64,000 bases of DNA from an uncultured Gammaproteobacteria bacterium (GCA_964486505.1 CAZAMC010000003.1:139120-203119); one strand, 5' to 3'. Positions 49,548 through 59,054 are shown, numbered from the stretch's first letter. A program made the numbers and translations. Notes: generated by a model not told the origin, from the letters alone.

Positions 49548-50441
49548 GTGAGCAAGCTCCCCGACCATACGACTCGTGCAAAATTTACGCGCGAGACCGA
49601 TCCTAGTCTGGACCGCTACCTGAAGGAGATTGGCGAAACGCCGCTCATCACCCAGGACGAAGAGGTCCGCCTCGCCCGCAAAATAAAAGCGGGTGACAAG
49701 AAGGCGCTCGAAAAACTCACCAAGGCAAACTTGCGCTTTGTCGTGAGTGTCGCGAAGCAGTACCAGAACCAGGGCCTGCCCCTTCCAGACCTCATTAGCG
49801 AAGGGAACATCGGACTCATCAAAGCCGCACGTCGATTCGATGAAACGCGGGGCTACAAGTTTATTAGCTACGCAGTGTGGTGGATTCGCCAGGCAATATT
49901 GCAAGCCCTGGCGGAGCAAAGCCGCATTGTGCGCTTGCCGTTAAACCGCGTGGGCGTCCTGCACAAGATTGGCAAGGCTTCAACAAAGCTGCAACAGAAC
50001 TTGGGCCGGGCCCCTTCGGACGAGGAGCTCGCTGAGGAGCTCGACCTGAGCCTGCACGAAGTCGATGAAACGCGGCGGATCCAGAGCTCACACCTTTCGC
50101 TCGATGCGCCGTTCAGCGTCGGAGAGGAGAATTCCCTCATCGATGTTCTCGAGGATGCTCATGCGCTACCTGCCGACAAGATGCTGGACATGGAAGATCT
50201 GCGGAACTTGCTCGATAAAGCGCTGGAGTCGCTCAAAGGGCGAGAAGCCGAGGTGATTACCATGTACTTTGGCTTGAACGGCGAAAAGCCTATGACCCTG
50301 GAAGAAATCGGGGCTCACTTCAGCCTCACGCGTGAACGGGTACGGCAAATTAAAGAGAAAGCAATCCGCCGACTCAAGTTTGCCGCTCGCCGCCACGGGC
50401 TGGAAGACTACCTCGACCGCCTGAACCATCGCTCATCCTAA
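49548..50441 (+). CDS. Sigma-70 factor, RpoD/SigA-like, lacking region 1.1
   Basis: [39 protein letters not shown] and TRERVRQI motifs. Confidence 0.93.
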   Translation: MSKLPDHTTRAKFTRETDPSLDRYLKEIGETPLITQDEEVRLARKIKAGDKKALEKLTKANLRFVVSVAKQYQNQGLPLPDLISEGNIGLIKAARRFDETRGYKFISYAVWWIRQAILQALAEQSRIVRLPLNRVGVLHKIGKASTKLQQNLGRAPSDEELAEELDLSLHEVDETRRIQSSHLSLDAPFSVGEENSLIDVLEDAHALPADKMLDMEDLRNLLDKALESLKGREAEVITMYFGLNGEKPMTLEEIGAHFSLTRERVRQIKEKAIRRLKFAARRHGLEDYLDRLNHRSS

Positions 50442-50487
50442 AAGCCGTCCCCAATACCTGGAGACGGCTTTTCTTTTTTCTCGTGTG

Positions 50488-51957
50488 TTACCGACTGTCA
50501 GGAGCAACCGCTGGGGCGTCCACTGCGGCCGATCCTTCGCGGGCGGGCAGAATGGTAGTCTGCTGATCTAGCACCGCCGTGACGAGCGGCACCACGATTG
50601 CGGTGCGGTAGAGTTGCTCACCCTGTGGCGCTTTGGTAATGGGGAAGACGAGCGCAGGAATGAGGTACTCGGTATTCGTCTGCTCTATCTGGTAACGGCT
50701 GGGGTAGTAGCCCAGGGTGGGTGTACCGACCTCCACCTGTACCTTCTGCACGTTCTGATCGGTGATGGTCGAGCCGTACATCCCGCCTCGCTTCACCACG
50801 TCCAGCACCTGTGCTGTATCACTAATCAATGGGTACGCCGACGACTCGTACTGCAAACTCGTGAGGTTATTCACCGATGTCACCCGGTTGAGCGTCAGGT
50901 CAATGTCCACCGTGAGGCCCATGGGGTAGCCATTCTCGTTGACGACCGCCGTACCATTGACAACCAGCGGGTATACCACCTGCACGCTCTGCACGTACCC
51001 CAGACCGGCCTTCACCGACGTTTCACCGTAGCCCAAGAAGTACTTCGGCACTGCCGGCGCGCCATATGCGCTCCGAGGAATACCGTACTGATCCAAGAAG
51101 GCGTTCGCTGTGGCAATCAGCTGGTCGTCGCTCGGCAGCGTCGGCCCGCTGTTTACATTCGCCACCGCCTCGCGCAGCGGCTGCGTCCAGCGCTCCCAAT
51201 TCTGGTAGAGCCCAATGGATCCGTCCCGCAGGTCAATGCTCACTGCGTACCCTTGGTCCTTGTCCTCGGCGAGCGCAATTTGCTGCACCGTAAGCTGAGA
51301 GAACTTCTCCAAGTCCACGAGCCCGAGGTTCGCGCTCTGCACAATTGCATTGAGCGTGCTGCTCGGCAGCTGATTGGTGCGCTTCAGTACGGAAGCCGTG
51401 GGAATGGCGAACTGCGAACCGGTGTACACGTACACGTAGGTTTTGGCCGGCACCGGCGCAATGAGCGATGACGGAGCACTAGAGTCAGCCATGGACTTAA
51501 CGGACGACGTGCTGCCACCTGAGCCCAGCCCTTCCCCTAAGCGTGCTGATTCCTGCGCCACCGGGTTGCTACTGAAATTTCCAAAAGCGCCGGCGTCACG
51601 ACTCGTCACCGCTACCCGTGGGGCAGTGGCACCGTCGTCGGTCGCGATGGATGCTGGCTCAGTGCGCGTGACGTATGCGTAGGTACCAATACCCACAACG
51701 GCCAAAGCGAACACGCTGAAGAGGGCGTAAGAAAACTTGCGCATAGTGAAGAAGGGTGAAGAGTGAGCGGGGGAATGGCGCGCCTCACGCGCTGCAAGCT
51801 GCTGACGCATCTGGTCACGAAATGCGGGGTCCAGGTGCGCGTCGGGTTTGGTTGCCAAGAGTTTCTGGATGATAGGCACGAGCTCGGCCTCGCGCTCGCG
51901 GAGTGACGGCTCCACGGCGTAGAGGTCGGCGAGGATGTCTTGCAGGAGATCAGGCAT
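50488..51957 (-). CDS. Putative anti-sigma membrane protein with a large extracytoplasmic domain
   Basis: Start overlaps the ECF sigma stop; short cytoplasmic N-terminus (DPAFRDQMRQQL), then one TM. Confidence 0.65.
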   Translation of the reverse strand: MPDLLQDILADLYAVEPSLREREAELVPIIQKLLATKPDAHLDPAFRDQMRQQLAAREARHSPAHSSPFFTMRKFSYALFSVFALAVVGIGTYAYVTRTEPASIATDDGATAPRVAVTSRDAGAFGNFSSNPVAQESARLGEGLGSGGSTSSVKSMADSSAPSSLIAPVPAKTYVYVYTGSQFAIPTASVLKRTNQLPSSTLNAIVQSANLGLVDLEKFSQLTVQQIALAEDKDQGYAVSIDLRDGSIGLYQNWERWTQPLREAVANVNSGPTLPSDDQLIATANAFLDQYGIPRSAYGAPAVPKYFLGYGETSVKAGLGYVQSVQVVYPLVVNGTAVVNENGYPMGLTVDIDLTLNRVTSVNNLTSLQYESSAYPLISDTAQVLDVVKRGGMYGSTITDQNVQKVQVEVGTPTLGYYPSRYQIEQTNTEYLIPALVFPITKAPQGEQLYRTAIVVPLVTAVLDQQTTILPAREGSAAVDAPAVAPDSR

Positions 51958-52480
51958 AGGGGTGGGTGGTGAAAAAAATGAGAAGAGCTACAAGGGGGAG
52001 GCTGGCGTGCAATGTGCGCACACTTCGCGAGAAAGCCATTTTTACACTCGCCTCAGTCTTGCCAAGAATTTCGGCGATTTCGGCATGCGTGAGTCCATCC
52101 CATACCCGCATGAGCACAATGTCACGCTGCTCGCTTGGAAGTTTCTCCAGCTCAACCAGAACCTTTTCAAGCTGGATACGGCGCGCTGCATCCTGCGCGG
52201 GGTTGCTTGTGCTGGCCACGTCGCTCGCGTGGTCCAGATCGACGTGTGGCCGGTGTGTGCGGTAGTGGTCGGTGATGGTATTGCGTGCAATGCGGTACAA
52301 CCACGCCCGCACGTTCCCACCGTCGAAGCTGGCATACTTATCCAGTGCCTTCAAGAATGTCGTACTCGTAAGGTCTTCGGCAATTTCACGGTGCTGCACG
52401 CGGTAGTAGACGAAGGCGTAGATCTTCTCCACGTACGCGTCGTACACCTCGGCAAAGCCCATAGATGCATCAGTGGCCAT
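51950..52480 (-). CDS. ECF sigma factor
   Basis: AEDLTS, WLYRIARN and EIAEILGK motifs. Confidence 0.92.
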   Translation of the reverse strand: MATDASMGFAEVYDAYVEKIYAFVYYRVQHREIAEDLTSTTFLKALDKYASFDGGNVRAWLYRIARNTITDHYRTHRPHVDLDHASDVASTSNPAQDAARRIQLEKVLVELEKLPSEQRDIVLMRVWDGLTHAEIAEILGKTEASVKMAFSRSVRTLHASLPLVALLIFFTTHPYA

Positions 52481-52565
52481 GCTATTAGGTTGTCAGGTAG
52501 AAGCTTCCTGTACTATACAACGATAAAAACCGGCAATGGTAACCGGCCGGGTTGAGCAAACATGT

Positions 52566-53375
52566 CTACCGTGCTTGCCGCCGGAAAATTGACGTGGTAG
52601 CAGTGAGCCCGACCACGAGAATGATGAGGCTCCACACCACAGTCCACCAGACGTGGTTTTCGACTGGTGTGCCAACCAGTAATCCGCGGATAGACTCAAT
52701 GAGGTGCGTGAGGGGCTGGTTCTCGGCAAAGACGCGCAGCCACGATGGCATGGTTTCGACCGGTACAAAGGCGCTGCTGACAAACGTGAGGGGGAAAATG
52801 AGGATGAAGCCGAATTGCTGGACGAACTGAATAGACTTGCCAATGAGTGCCACGATGACGAACAGCCACGAAAGCGCGAACGAGAAGAGCAGCAGCAGGC
52901 CAATGGCCAGCGCCCACTCGGCCAGGTTCGCTTCGGGACGGAAGCCCACGGCCAAACCCGCACCAATCATAACCGCCATGGCCAGGAGGTTGCGAAACAA
53001 GTCGGCGACGACGTGGCCGGTGAGCACGGCGCTCTTCACCATAGGCAACGATCGGAAGCGGTCCATAATCCCTTTCTCCAAATCAATAGCCACGCTGTAG
53101 CTCGAAATGGTTGAACCAAAGGCTGCGGTTTGCACGAAGATGCCAGCCATGAGGAAGTTGACGTAGCTCACGCCCCCGGTATCAATCGCCCCACCAAAGA
53201 CGAAACGGAATAGCACAACAAACATAATCGGCTGGATCGTGAGGCCCAGGAGCTGCTCTGGGTCTTGCCGGATTTGCAGCAGGCTGCGCTTCACCATCAC
53301 CCAGCTGTCGGTGAAGAACCAAGCTAGGCTAGATCGTTTGAGTTGCGGGATCTTGCTGGCAATTGTCGTAGCCAT
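52566..53375 (-). CDS. ABC-2 permease (DrrB-like)
   Basis: GIMDRFRSLP and SSAFVPVETMP...QP motifs. Confidence 0.9.
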   Translation of the reverse strand: MATTIASKIPQLKRSSLAWFFTDSWVMVKRSLLQIRQDPEQLLGLTIQPIMFVVLFRFVFGGAIDTGGVSYVNFLMAGIFVQTAAFGSTISSYSVAIDLEKGIMDRFRSLPMVKSAVLTGHVVADLFRNLLAMAVMIGAGLAVGFRPEANLAEWALAIGLLLLFSFALSWLFVIVALIGKSIQFVQQFGFILIFPLTFVSSAFVPVETMPSWLRVFAENQPLTHLIESIRGLLVGTPVENHVWWTVVWSLIILVVGLTATTSIFRRQAR

Positions 53376-54328
53376 TATGTAGTCTCCTCCGTTTTTATCT
53401 CCGCTTCATGGCCGGTAAGCTTCAAGAAAACGTCATCCAGTGTTGGTCGGTGGGTGGCAATGCTCTTCACGTTGACGTGCGCTTCATCAAACTGGTCCAG
53501 TATCGAGCGGAGTTGGTGCACGCCGTGCTCAACCGGAAATTGTAGGGTTTGGGTTGCTGCATTGCGCAAGCTCGCTTGCTGGCCGAGTACAGTCAACGCT
53601 TTGGCATAGTCGGCGTCGGTTTCCATAACCACCTCCAGCTGTTCGCGGCCAACCTTGTCTTTGAGCTCGTCGGCCGTGCCCATGGCAATGACAACCCCTT
53701 TGTCGATAACCGCGATTGTGTCGGCCAGCTGGTCCGCTTCTTCTAGGTACTGCGTAGTGAGCAGAATGGTGGTGCCCCTTTCCACAAGCTCCTCGATAAT
53801 CGCCCACATGGTGTTGCGGCTGTGCGGATCCAGACCGGTCGTCGGTTCGTCTAAGAAAATAATGGGCGGCGTGACAATGAGGCTGGCCGCCAAATCAAGG
53901 CGGCGGCGCATCCCGCCGGAATATTTTTTAACCGCCCGGCCCGCTGCATCCAGCAGTTCAAAACGCTCAAGCAGCTCTTGCGCCCGGCGCTTCGCGTCGG
54001 CGGCGCTAATGTGGTAGAGCCGACCAATGATTTCCAGATTTTCCCGCCCAGTGAGCTTTTCATCCACTGCGGCAAATTGACCGGTGAGACCGATGATGCC
54101 GCGAACGTCGTTGGCTTGTTTCACGACGTCAAAACGACCAACCGTTGCGGTGCCGCTATCGAGCTTGAGGAGGGTGGTGAGAATGCGAACAATCGTGGTC
54201 TTGCCAGCACCGTTGGGGCCGAGCAGGGCAAAAACCGTTCCAGTAGGAACTTCCAGATTTACGCCTTTAAGGACTTTCGTATCCCCAAAAGACTTGTGGA
54301 GGTTGCTTACGGTGATCGCGGGGGTCAT
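53375..54328 (-). CDS. ABC ATP-binding protein (DrrA-like)
   Basis: GPNGAGKT, YSGGMRRRLD and LDEPTTGLDP motifs. Confidence 0.93.
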   Translation of the reverse strand: MTPAITVSNLHKSFGDTKVLKGVNLEVPTGTVFALLGPNGAGKTTIVRILTTLLKLDSGTATVGRFDVVKQANDVRGIIGLTGQFAAVDEKLTGRENLEIIGRLYHISAADAKRRAQELLERFELLDAAGRAVKKYSGGMRRRLDLAASLIVTPPIIFLDEPTTGLDPHSRNTMWAIIEELVERGTTILLTTQYLEEADQLADTIAVIDKGVVIAMGTADELKDKVGREQLEVVMETDADYAKALTVLGQQASLRNAATQTLQFPVEHGVHQLRSILDQFDEAHVNVKSIATHRPTLDDVFLKLTGHEAEIKTEETT

Positions 54329-54422
54329 GGTGAACTCCGATGGTTAGAGTATGAGTATAGCAAATGCCAGGGAAGCGATGAAGTCTCCCGCTCTAATCCA
54401 TGGGCATCGCAGTCCCCGGTGG

Positions 54423-54821
54423 CTAACGAATCCGCACTAATTTCCCTTTACGTTTGATAATATTCTTGTAATCCCACTGGATGGTTTTGGCTTTGCGTAA
54501 CCAGCGTTTGATCTCTGCGCGTTTCAGTTCTCTGCTGGTCGTGTAGGTAATGCCAGCGGCCTTAAATTTTTTAACGTTGCCAACTGGAAAAAGATGTGGC
54601 TCAGAAAACGACATACCGCTCCAGAACATCAGCTGCACGCCCTGCTTACGCAGCGAATAGCCAACAATTGGGTTCCCGGCTAGGAACCACACGGGCCCGC
54701 CGTGCCACACTTTACTCTCAGCTTTTGGGAGTGAGGCATCAATCACCCGACGTAAGGCATTGCAAATGCTCTGCACATTCTTTGTTTGCGAGCGGTTGTA
54801 GGTAGTAATTGCGTTGGTCAT
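54423..54821 (-). CDS. DUF1801/YdhG-like protein
   Basis: KVWHGGPVWF, LMFWSG and QWDYKNI motifs. Confidence 0.8.
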   Translation of the reverse strand: MTNAITTYNRSQTKNVQSICNALRRVIDASLPKAESKVWHGGPVWFLAGNPIVGYSLRKQGVQLMFWSGMSFSEPHLFPVGNVKKFKAAGITYTTSRELKRAEIKRWLRKAKTIQWDYKNIIKRKGKLVRIR

Positions 54822-54924
54822 AGCTGGATCGTAGCAAGTGCAAGCACCTCGTTGCAATGCGTTAGCAATTCTTATGAAAAATACTGCACTTGTAAAACAG
54901 GGAGTGCGCTTCGTATAGTGTTCC

Positions 54925-54999
54925 TGGTGGACCGTAGCGGATTTGAACCGCTGACCCCCGCATTGCAAATGCGGTGCTCTACCGCTGAGCTAACGGCCC
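54925..54999 (-). tRNA. tRNA-Ala(TGC)
   Basis: GGGCCGT...ACGGTCC-ACCA; anticodon arm CCGCA-TTTGCAA-TGCGG. Confidence 0.95.
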
Positions 55000-55275
55000 T
55001 TAGAGGGAATCAGTCGTTTCTTCCTGCGGCGTAACCGTAGGCTCGTTCGGATTGAACACCTTTTGCAAGCCTTTGCCAAGCCCACCGCTCATGAGCAGGA
55101 AGGCCAGGATGATAAGGAAAACGCCGACAAGCTTGTACATGAGACGCGTACCGCCATCACTGCCCAGGTGTTGCTCGGCCCACTCAATGCGGCCCAGGTT
55201 GTTCATGAGCCATTCCGACTTCCAGATGATGACGAAGCCAATGGCGATGACGATGATACCAACGAGGTATTTCAT
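55000..55275 (-). CDS. Small two-TM membrane protein
   Basis: MKYLVGII...GRIEWAEQHLG..GGTRLMYKLVG. Confidence 0.75.
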   Translation of the reverse strand: MKYLVGIIVIAIGFVIIWKSEWLMNNLGRIEWAEQHLGSDGGTRLMYKLVGVFLIILAFLLMSGGLGKGLQKVFNPNEPTVTPQEETTDSL

Positions 55276-55294
55276 ACAGTTGATTCTACCACGA

Positions 55295-55419
55295 GGGGTC
55301 CCCGCAAAGTTGGCACGGAACAAAGTGAGCACGACTTTGCGGGGCAAAGCGAGGCTTCGTCCGTAGGACGGTGGGGGTCTGCGAACGCGGACACGCGGAA
55401 CTCGATGGACGAAACGAGC
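55295..55419 (-). repeat. tRNA 3'-trailer two-hairpin element, copy 3
   Basis: TTTCGTCC..GGACGAAG-CCTCG-N5-CCCCGCAAAG..CTTTGCGGGG-ACCCC. Confidence 0.8.
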
Positions 55420-55496
55420 TGGTGGGCAACGTAGGAGTCGAACCTACGACCTTCTCGGTGTAAACGAGACGCTCTAACCAACTGAGCTAGTTGCCC
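55420..55496 (-). tRNA. tRNA-Val(TAC)
   Basis: GGGCAAC...GTTGCCC-ACCA; anticodon arm TCTCG-TTTACAC-CGAGA. Confidence 0.95.
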
Positions 55497-55509
55497 AAAA
55501 TACTGCTGC

Positions 55510-55685
55510 CTTCGATGTAAACCCGCCTCGACTCGCGGCTTTTTCGACGCGAGGCGGGCGAGACGCTCTATCCGGGGCAGCGCCGGACGCTACGCACACT
55601 CGCGTCCGTCGGCGCTCTCCCGCCGTACGGCGGGATCGCTGCTGCCCGTTCCACCTTCGGTGAAACCCAACTGAGCTAGTTGCCC
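55510..55685 (-). pseudogene. Interrupted partial copy of tRNA-Val(TAC) (5' half)
   Basis: GGGCAACTAGCTCAGTTGG [96-nt insert] TAGAGCGTCTCG [37-nt insert] TTTACA; no T-arm. Confidence 0.75.
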
Positions 55686-55769
55686 GCATCGGGAGTATAC
55701 TCGCACTTGGCCTGAAACCCTAGCATTTGTAGCACTTTTTTGGCTAGAGGTGTAGGGTAGGGGGTGCCC

Positions 55770-55786
55770 TTCAGCAAAAGTTCAGG
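55770..55786 (+). promoter_or_regulatory. Putative OmpR-family direct-repeat binding site
   Basis: TTCAGC-N5-TTCAGG upstream of the response regulator. Confidence 0.55.
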
Positions 55787-55807
55787 TAGCCAGAACACCC
55801 TGGAAAC

Positions 55808-56485
55808 ATGCGCATTCTCCTCATTGAAGACGAGCACAAGATAGCCAACGCCCTGAAGAAAGGCTTGGAGCAGGAAGCCTATGCCGTGGACGTCCTCTAC
55901 GAAGGCAGGCAAGGGCTGGCCCGCGCACTCCGGGGGAACTACGACCTCCTTATCCTGGATCGCATGCTCCCTGGCATTTCAGATGGTTTGGTCATTGGCC
56001 AGGAAATTCGCAAAGCTGGACTCCACCAGCCCATCCTCGTCCTCACTGCTCGGGATGCAACCGCAGATCGCGTGCATGGTTTAGACAGCGGTGCTGATGA
56101 CTACCTGGTAAAGCCATTCTCTTTCGAAGAGCTCCTCGCGCGCGTCCGCGCCTTACTGCGACGTCCCAACCAAGTGATGAGCACGACGCTGCGGGTGGGC
56201 GACCTCGAACTGCACCCCGATACCTTCAAAGTTTCCCGAGCGGGGAAGACGATTGACCTCTCGAACAAGGAATTTGCGCTCCTGGAGTACCTCATGCGCA
56301 ATCCCAACCGCATTCTGACGAAAGATCAGATCATCCAGCACGTGTGGGACTTCGACGCCGACATCTTGCCGAACACGGTGGAAGCGTTCATCGCCAGCCT
56401 GCGGCAAAAAGTTGACCGGCCCTTCAACCCGCCGCTCATCCACACCGTGCGGGGCTTCGGCTACAAATTCACCACTACCCCATGA
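55808..56485 (+). CDS. OmpR/PhoB-family response regulator
   Basis: LIEDE, LDRMLP, GADDYLVKPF and HTVRGFGY motifs. Confidence 0.95.
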   Translation: MRILLIEDEHKIANALKKGLEQEAYAVDVLYEGRQGLARALRGNYDLLILDRMLPGISDGLVIGQEIRKAGLHQPILVLTARDATADRVHGLDSGADDYLVKPFSFEELLARVRALLRRPNQVMSTTLRVGDLELHPDTFKVSRAGKTIDLSNKEFALLEYLMRNPNRILTKDQIIQHVWDFDADILPNTVEAFIASLRQKVDRPFNPPLIHTVRGFGYKFTTTP

Positions 56486-57519
56486 GCTTCGTCCTTCAAC
56501 TACAGAAATTTTTCCGCGCCCCCGTCACCCGGCTCACGCTCTGGTACGTCCTCATCGTCATGGTGATTAGCGTTGGCTTTAGTGCCATCATCTACCGGCA
56601 AACGGCGGCGCAGCTTAAGGTAGACTTCATTCCACGTGGACGCGTGATGATGGACTTCGGTGACCCATTCACTGAACCAATCCGCACACGCGTTCAAGAA
56701 CTTTTCGAGCAGCAGTACGACCTCGCCACTGGCCACCTTCGCAATCAACTCATCATTATCAACCTCGTCGTGCTCGGCGCGGCGAGTTTAGCCAGCTACT
56801 TCCTAGCAAAGCGCACGCTCCGCCCAATTGAGGAGTCGCTGGAAGAGCAGCGACGCTTCACGGCCGACGCCTCGCACGAGCTGCGCACGCCGCTCACGGC
56901 CATGCGCTCGGAAATTGAAGTTGCACTGCGTAACGCAAATACAAAGCCCGGAGAGCACGTCGACATTCTCCGCAGTAATTTGGAAGAAATTCACCGCTTA
57001 GAACAGCTCTCCCGTGGCTTGCTCCGCTTAGCGCGCAGTGAAGTAGATGCGAAAGGTGTGGCCTGGGAGGTCACGCCGGTGAGTGCCATCGTTGACGATG
57101 CCGTGCGACAAGTGACGCCCCATGCGGAGAAAAAGCACATCACCCTCGACCGTGTAGACATTGGCGGTTCGTGGCGCGGGGACAAGCATAGCTTCGTGGA
57201 GCTCCTCGTCATCTTGCTCGACAACGCCATCAAGTACAGCGATGAGAAAACGACGGTGCGCGTCGCAGGGAACGCGAGCAGCCGACACGTGAGTCTACGC
57301 GTGCAAGATCACGGCATTGGCATGAAAGCGTCTGATATCCCCCACATCTTCGACCGCTTCTACCGCGCCGATTCCTCACGCACGAAGAACACTGTGGATG
57401 GCTACGGCTTGGGTCTGCCTATCGCCAAGCAAATTGTGGAGCGGTTCAACGGGAAAATCTCCGTAATGAGCACCATTGGCGAAGGTTCGACGTTCACAGT
57501 GACATTCCCGAGGGCGTAA
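56482..57519 (+). CDS. Sensor histidine kinase
   Basis: Two TMs; ASHELRTPL, NAIKYS, DHGIG and GLGL motifs. Confidence 0.95.
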   Translation: MSFVLQLQKFFRAPVTRLTLWYVLIVMVISVGFSAIIYRQTAAQLKVDFIPRGRVMMDFGDPFTEPIRTRVQELFEQQYDLATGHLRNQLIIINLVVLGAASLASYFLAKRTLRPIEESLEEQRRFTADASHELRTPLTAMRSEIEVALRNANTKPGEHVDILRSNLEEIHRLEQLSRGLLRLARSEVDAKGVAWEVTPVSAIVDDAVRQVTPHAEKKHITLDRVDIGGSWRGDKHSFVELLVILLDNAIKYSDEKTTVRVAGNASSRHVSLRVQDHGIGMKASDIPHIFDRFYRADSSRTKNTVDGYGLGLPIAKQIVERFNGKISVMSTIGEGSTFTVTFPRA

Positions 57520-57525
57520 TGCTTC

Positions 57526-57624
57526 TGTCATTCTGAGTCCCGTCCTCGAACGGGACGAAGAATCTCATCAGCTTGAAAGCCTTGTGAGATCCTTCGCCCG
57601 CCAGTAGGCGTGCTCAGGATGACA
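57526..57624. repeat. REP-like palindromic element
   Basis: TGTCATTCTGAG...GAAGAATCTCA...TGAGATCCTTC...CTCAGGATGACA nested inverted repeats. Confidence 0.7.
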
Positions 57625-57632
57625 AGGATTCT

Positions 57633-57649
57633 TTCAGCCTCCTTTCAGC
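57633..57649 (+). promoter_or_regulatory. Putative OmpR-family direct-repeat binding site
   Basis: TTCAGC-N5-TTCAGC upstream of the ABC exporter. Confidence 0.55.
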
Positions 57650-57692
57650 CACCGAGCGTACGGTTGGCCTATTCACCCTTTTCTGGTCACCT

Positions 57693-59054
57693 ATGAACGC
57701 CCTTACCCGCGGGGTACGCAATGCCTTCCGTAACCCGCTCCGCACGCTCGCTGTCACCGCTATCCTGGGCATTAGTTTGGGGCTGGTTGTCGTCATGCTG
57801 GCGGCGCGCAGTGCCGTGACTGCCCGTATTACCGAGGTGAAAGAATCAATTGGCAACACGGTGACGGTTACGCCAGCTGGTGCCCGCGGGTTCATTGGCG
57901 GTGGTGAGCCGCTCACCCAAGCGAAGGTGGATGGGCTGGCGAGCATTGCAAACGTGACGAGTGTGGATGCGACCATTGATGCCATGCTCCGTGCCAATGA
58001 TGACACCTCATTGGAATCGGCTGTGGAAGCCGGCAGCCTAGGCGGCCGGCAGCAGCGGGTATTTGTTGGCAGTGATGAGCGTTCGGGCACCGTGCAGTCG
58101 GCACCGGATGGTGGAACATTCACGCCGCCCATTTTTGCCATTGGCACCAACAATCCATCATACGCTGGGGAAATGGTCGGCGCGTCGGTGAACATTTCGG
58201 ATGGCTCCGCGTTCGAAGCAGGCACCGATGCCAACGTGGCGATCATTGGCAAAACCTTAGCCGAAAAGAATAGCGTAAGCGTTGGGAAAACCTTCAAAGC
58301 GTATGACACGGATACCACCGTTGTGGGTATCTACGACGCCGGCAACCAGTTCGCTAACAATGCAGTGGTCTTCCCGCTCAAGACCTTGCAGAAGCTATCG
58401 GATCAAGTGGACGACGTGACCTCGGCAGTCGTCCACGTGAACTCGTCGGATAACCTGGCTAGTGTGACGAGCGCCGTGCAGGAGAACATGGGGGATACGG
58501 CCGACGTGAGCTCATCGGAAGAGTCGGTCAAAGCCGCCATCACGCCCCTGGAGAACATCCACAGCATTGCCACCACCAGCCTCATCGGTGCGCTCATTGC
58601 CGCCACAGTCATCTCCCTGCTGGCCATGGTCATGATCGTCCGCGAGCGCCGCAAGGAAATTGCCGTGCTCAAAGCCATTGGCGCCAGTGAGCCGACCATC
58701 ATAACGCAGTTCGTTTCGGAGTCGGTCATCCTGTCGTTGCTCGGCAGCGTCGTCGGCATTGTCCTCGGCTTCATCTTGAGCAACCCAATCTTGCGCGCCC
58801 TGCTCAACTCCAGCACGAGTACGACGGGTGCGCCGAGTGTCAGTGCTGGTGAAGGTCCAGGACGAGGCATCCGCGTGGCGATCGGCGGTTTTCGTGCCGT
58901 ACGTGGAGCAGTGCAGGATCTCACCGCGGTCGTGGACTGGCACCTGATTGTCTACGGCGTGCTGGCGGCCATTGTTGTCGCCATCGTTGGCGCGGCGTTC
59001 CCCGCCTGGCTTATTGGCAAAGTGCGGCCGGCTGAAGTTCTCCGGAGCGAATAA
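57693..59054 (+). CDS. MacB/FtsX-family ABC permease
   Basis: ERRKEIAVLKAIGA and RPAEVLRSE motifs. Confidence 0.92.
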   Translation: MNALTRGVRNAFRNPLRTLAVTAILGISLGLVVVMLAARSAVTARITEVKESIGNTVTVTPAGARGFIGGGEPLTQAKVDGLASIANVTSVDATIDAMLRANDDTSLESAVEAGSLGGRQQRVFVGSDERSGTVQSAPDGGTFTPPIFAIGTNNPSYAGEMVGASVNISDGSAFEAGTDANVAIIGKTLAEKNSVSVGKTFKAYDTDTTVVGIYDAGNQFANNAVVFPLKTLQKLSDQVDDVTSAVVHVNSSDNLASVTSAVQENMGDTADVSSSEESVKAAITPLENIHSIATTSLIGALIAATVISLLAMVMIVRERRKEIAVLKAIGASEPTIITQFVSESVILSLLGSVVGIVLGFILSNPILRALLNSSTSTTGAPSVSAGEGPGRGIRVAIGGFRAVRGAVQDLTAVVDWHLIVYGVLAAIVVAIVGAAFPAWLIGKVRPAEVLRSE

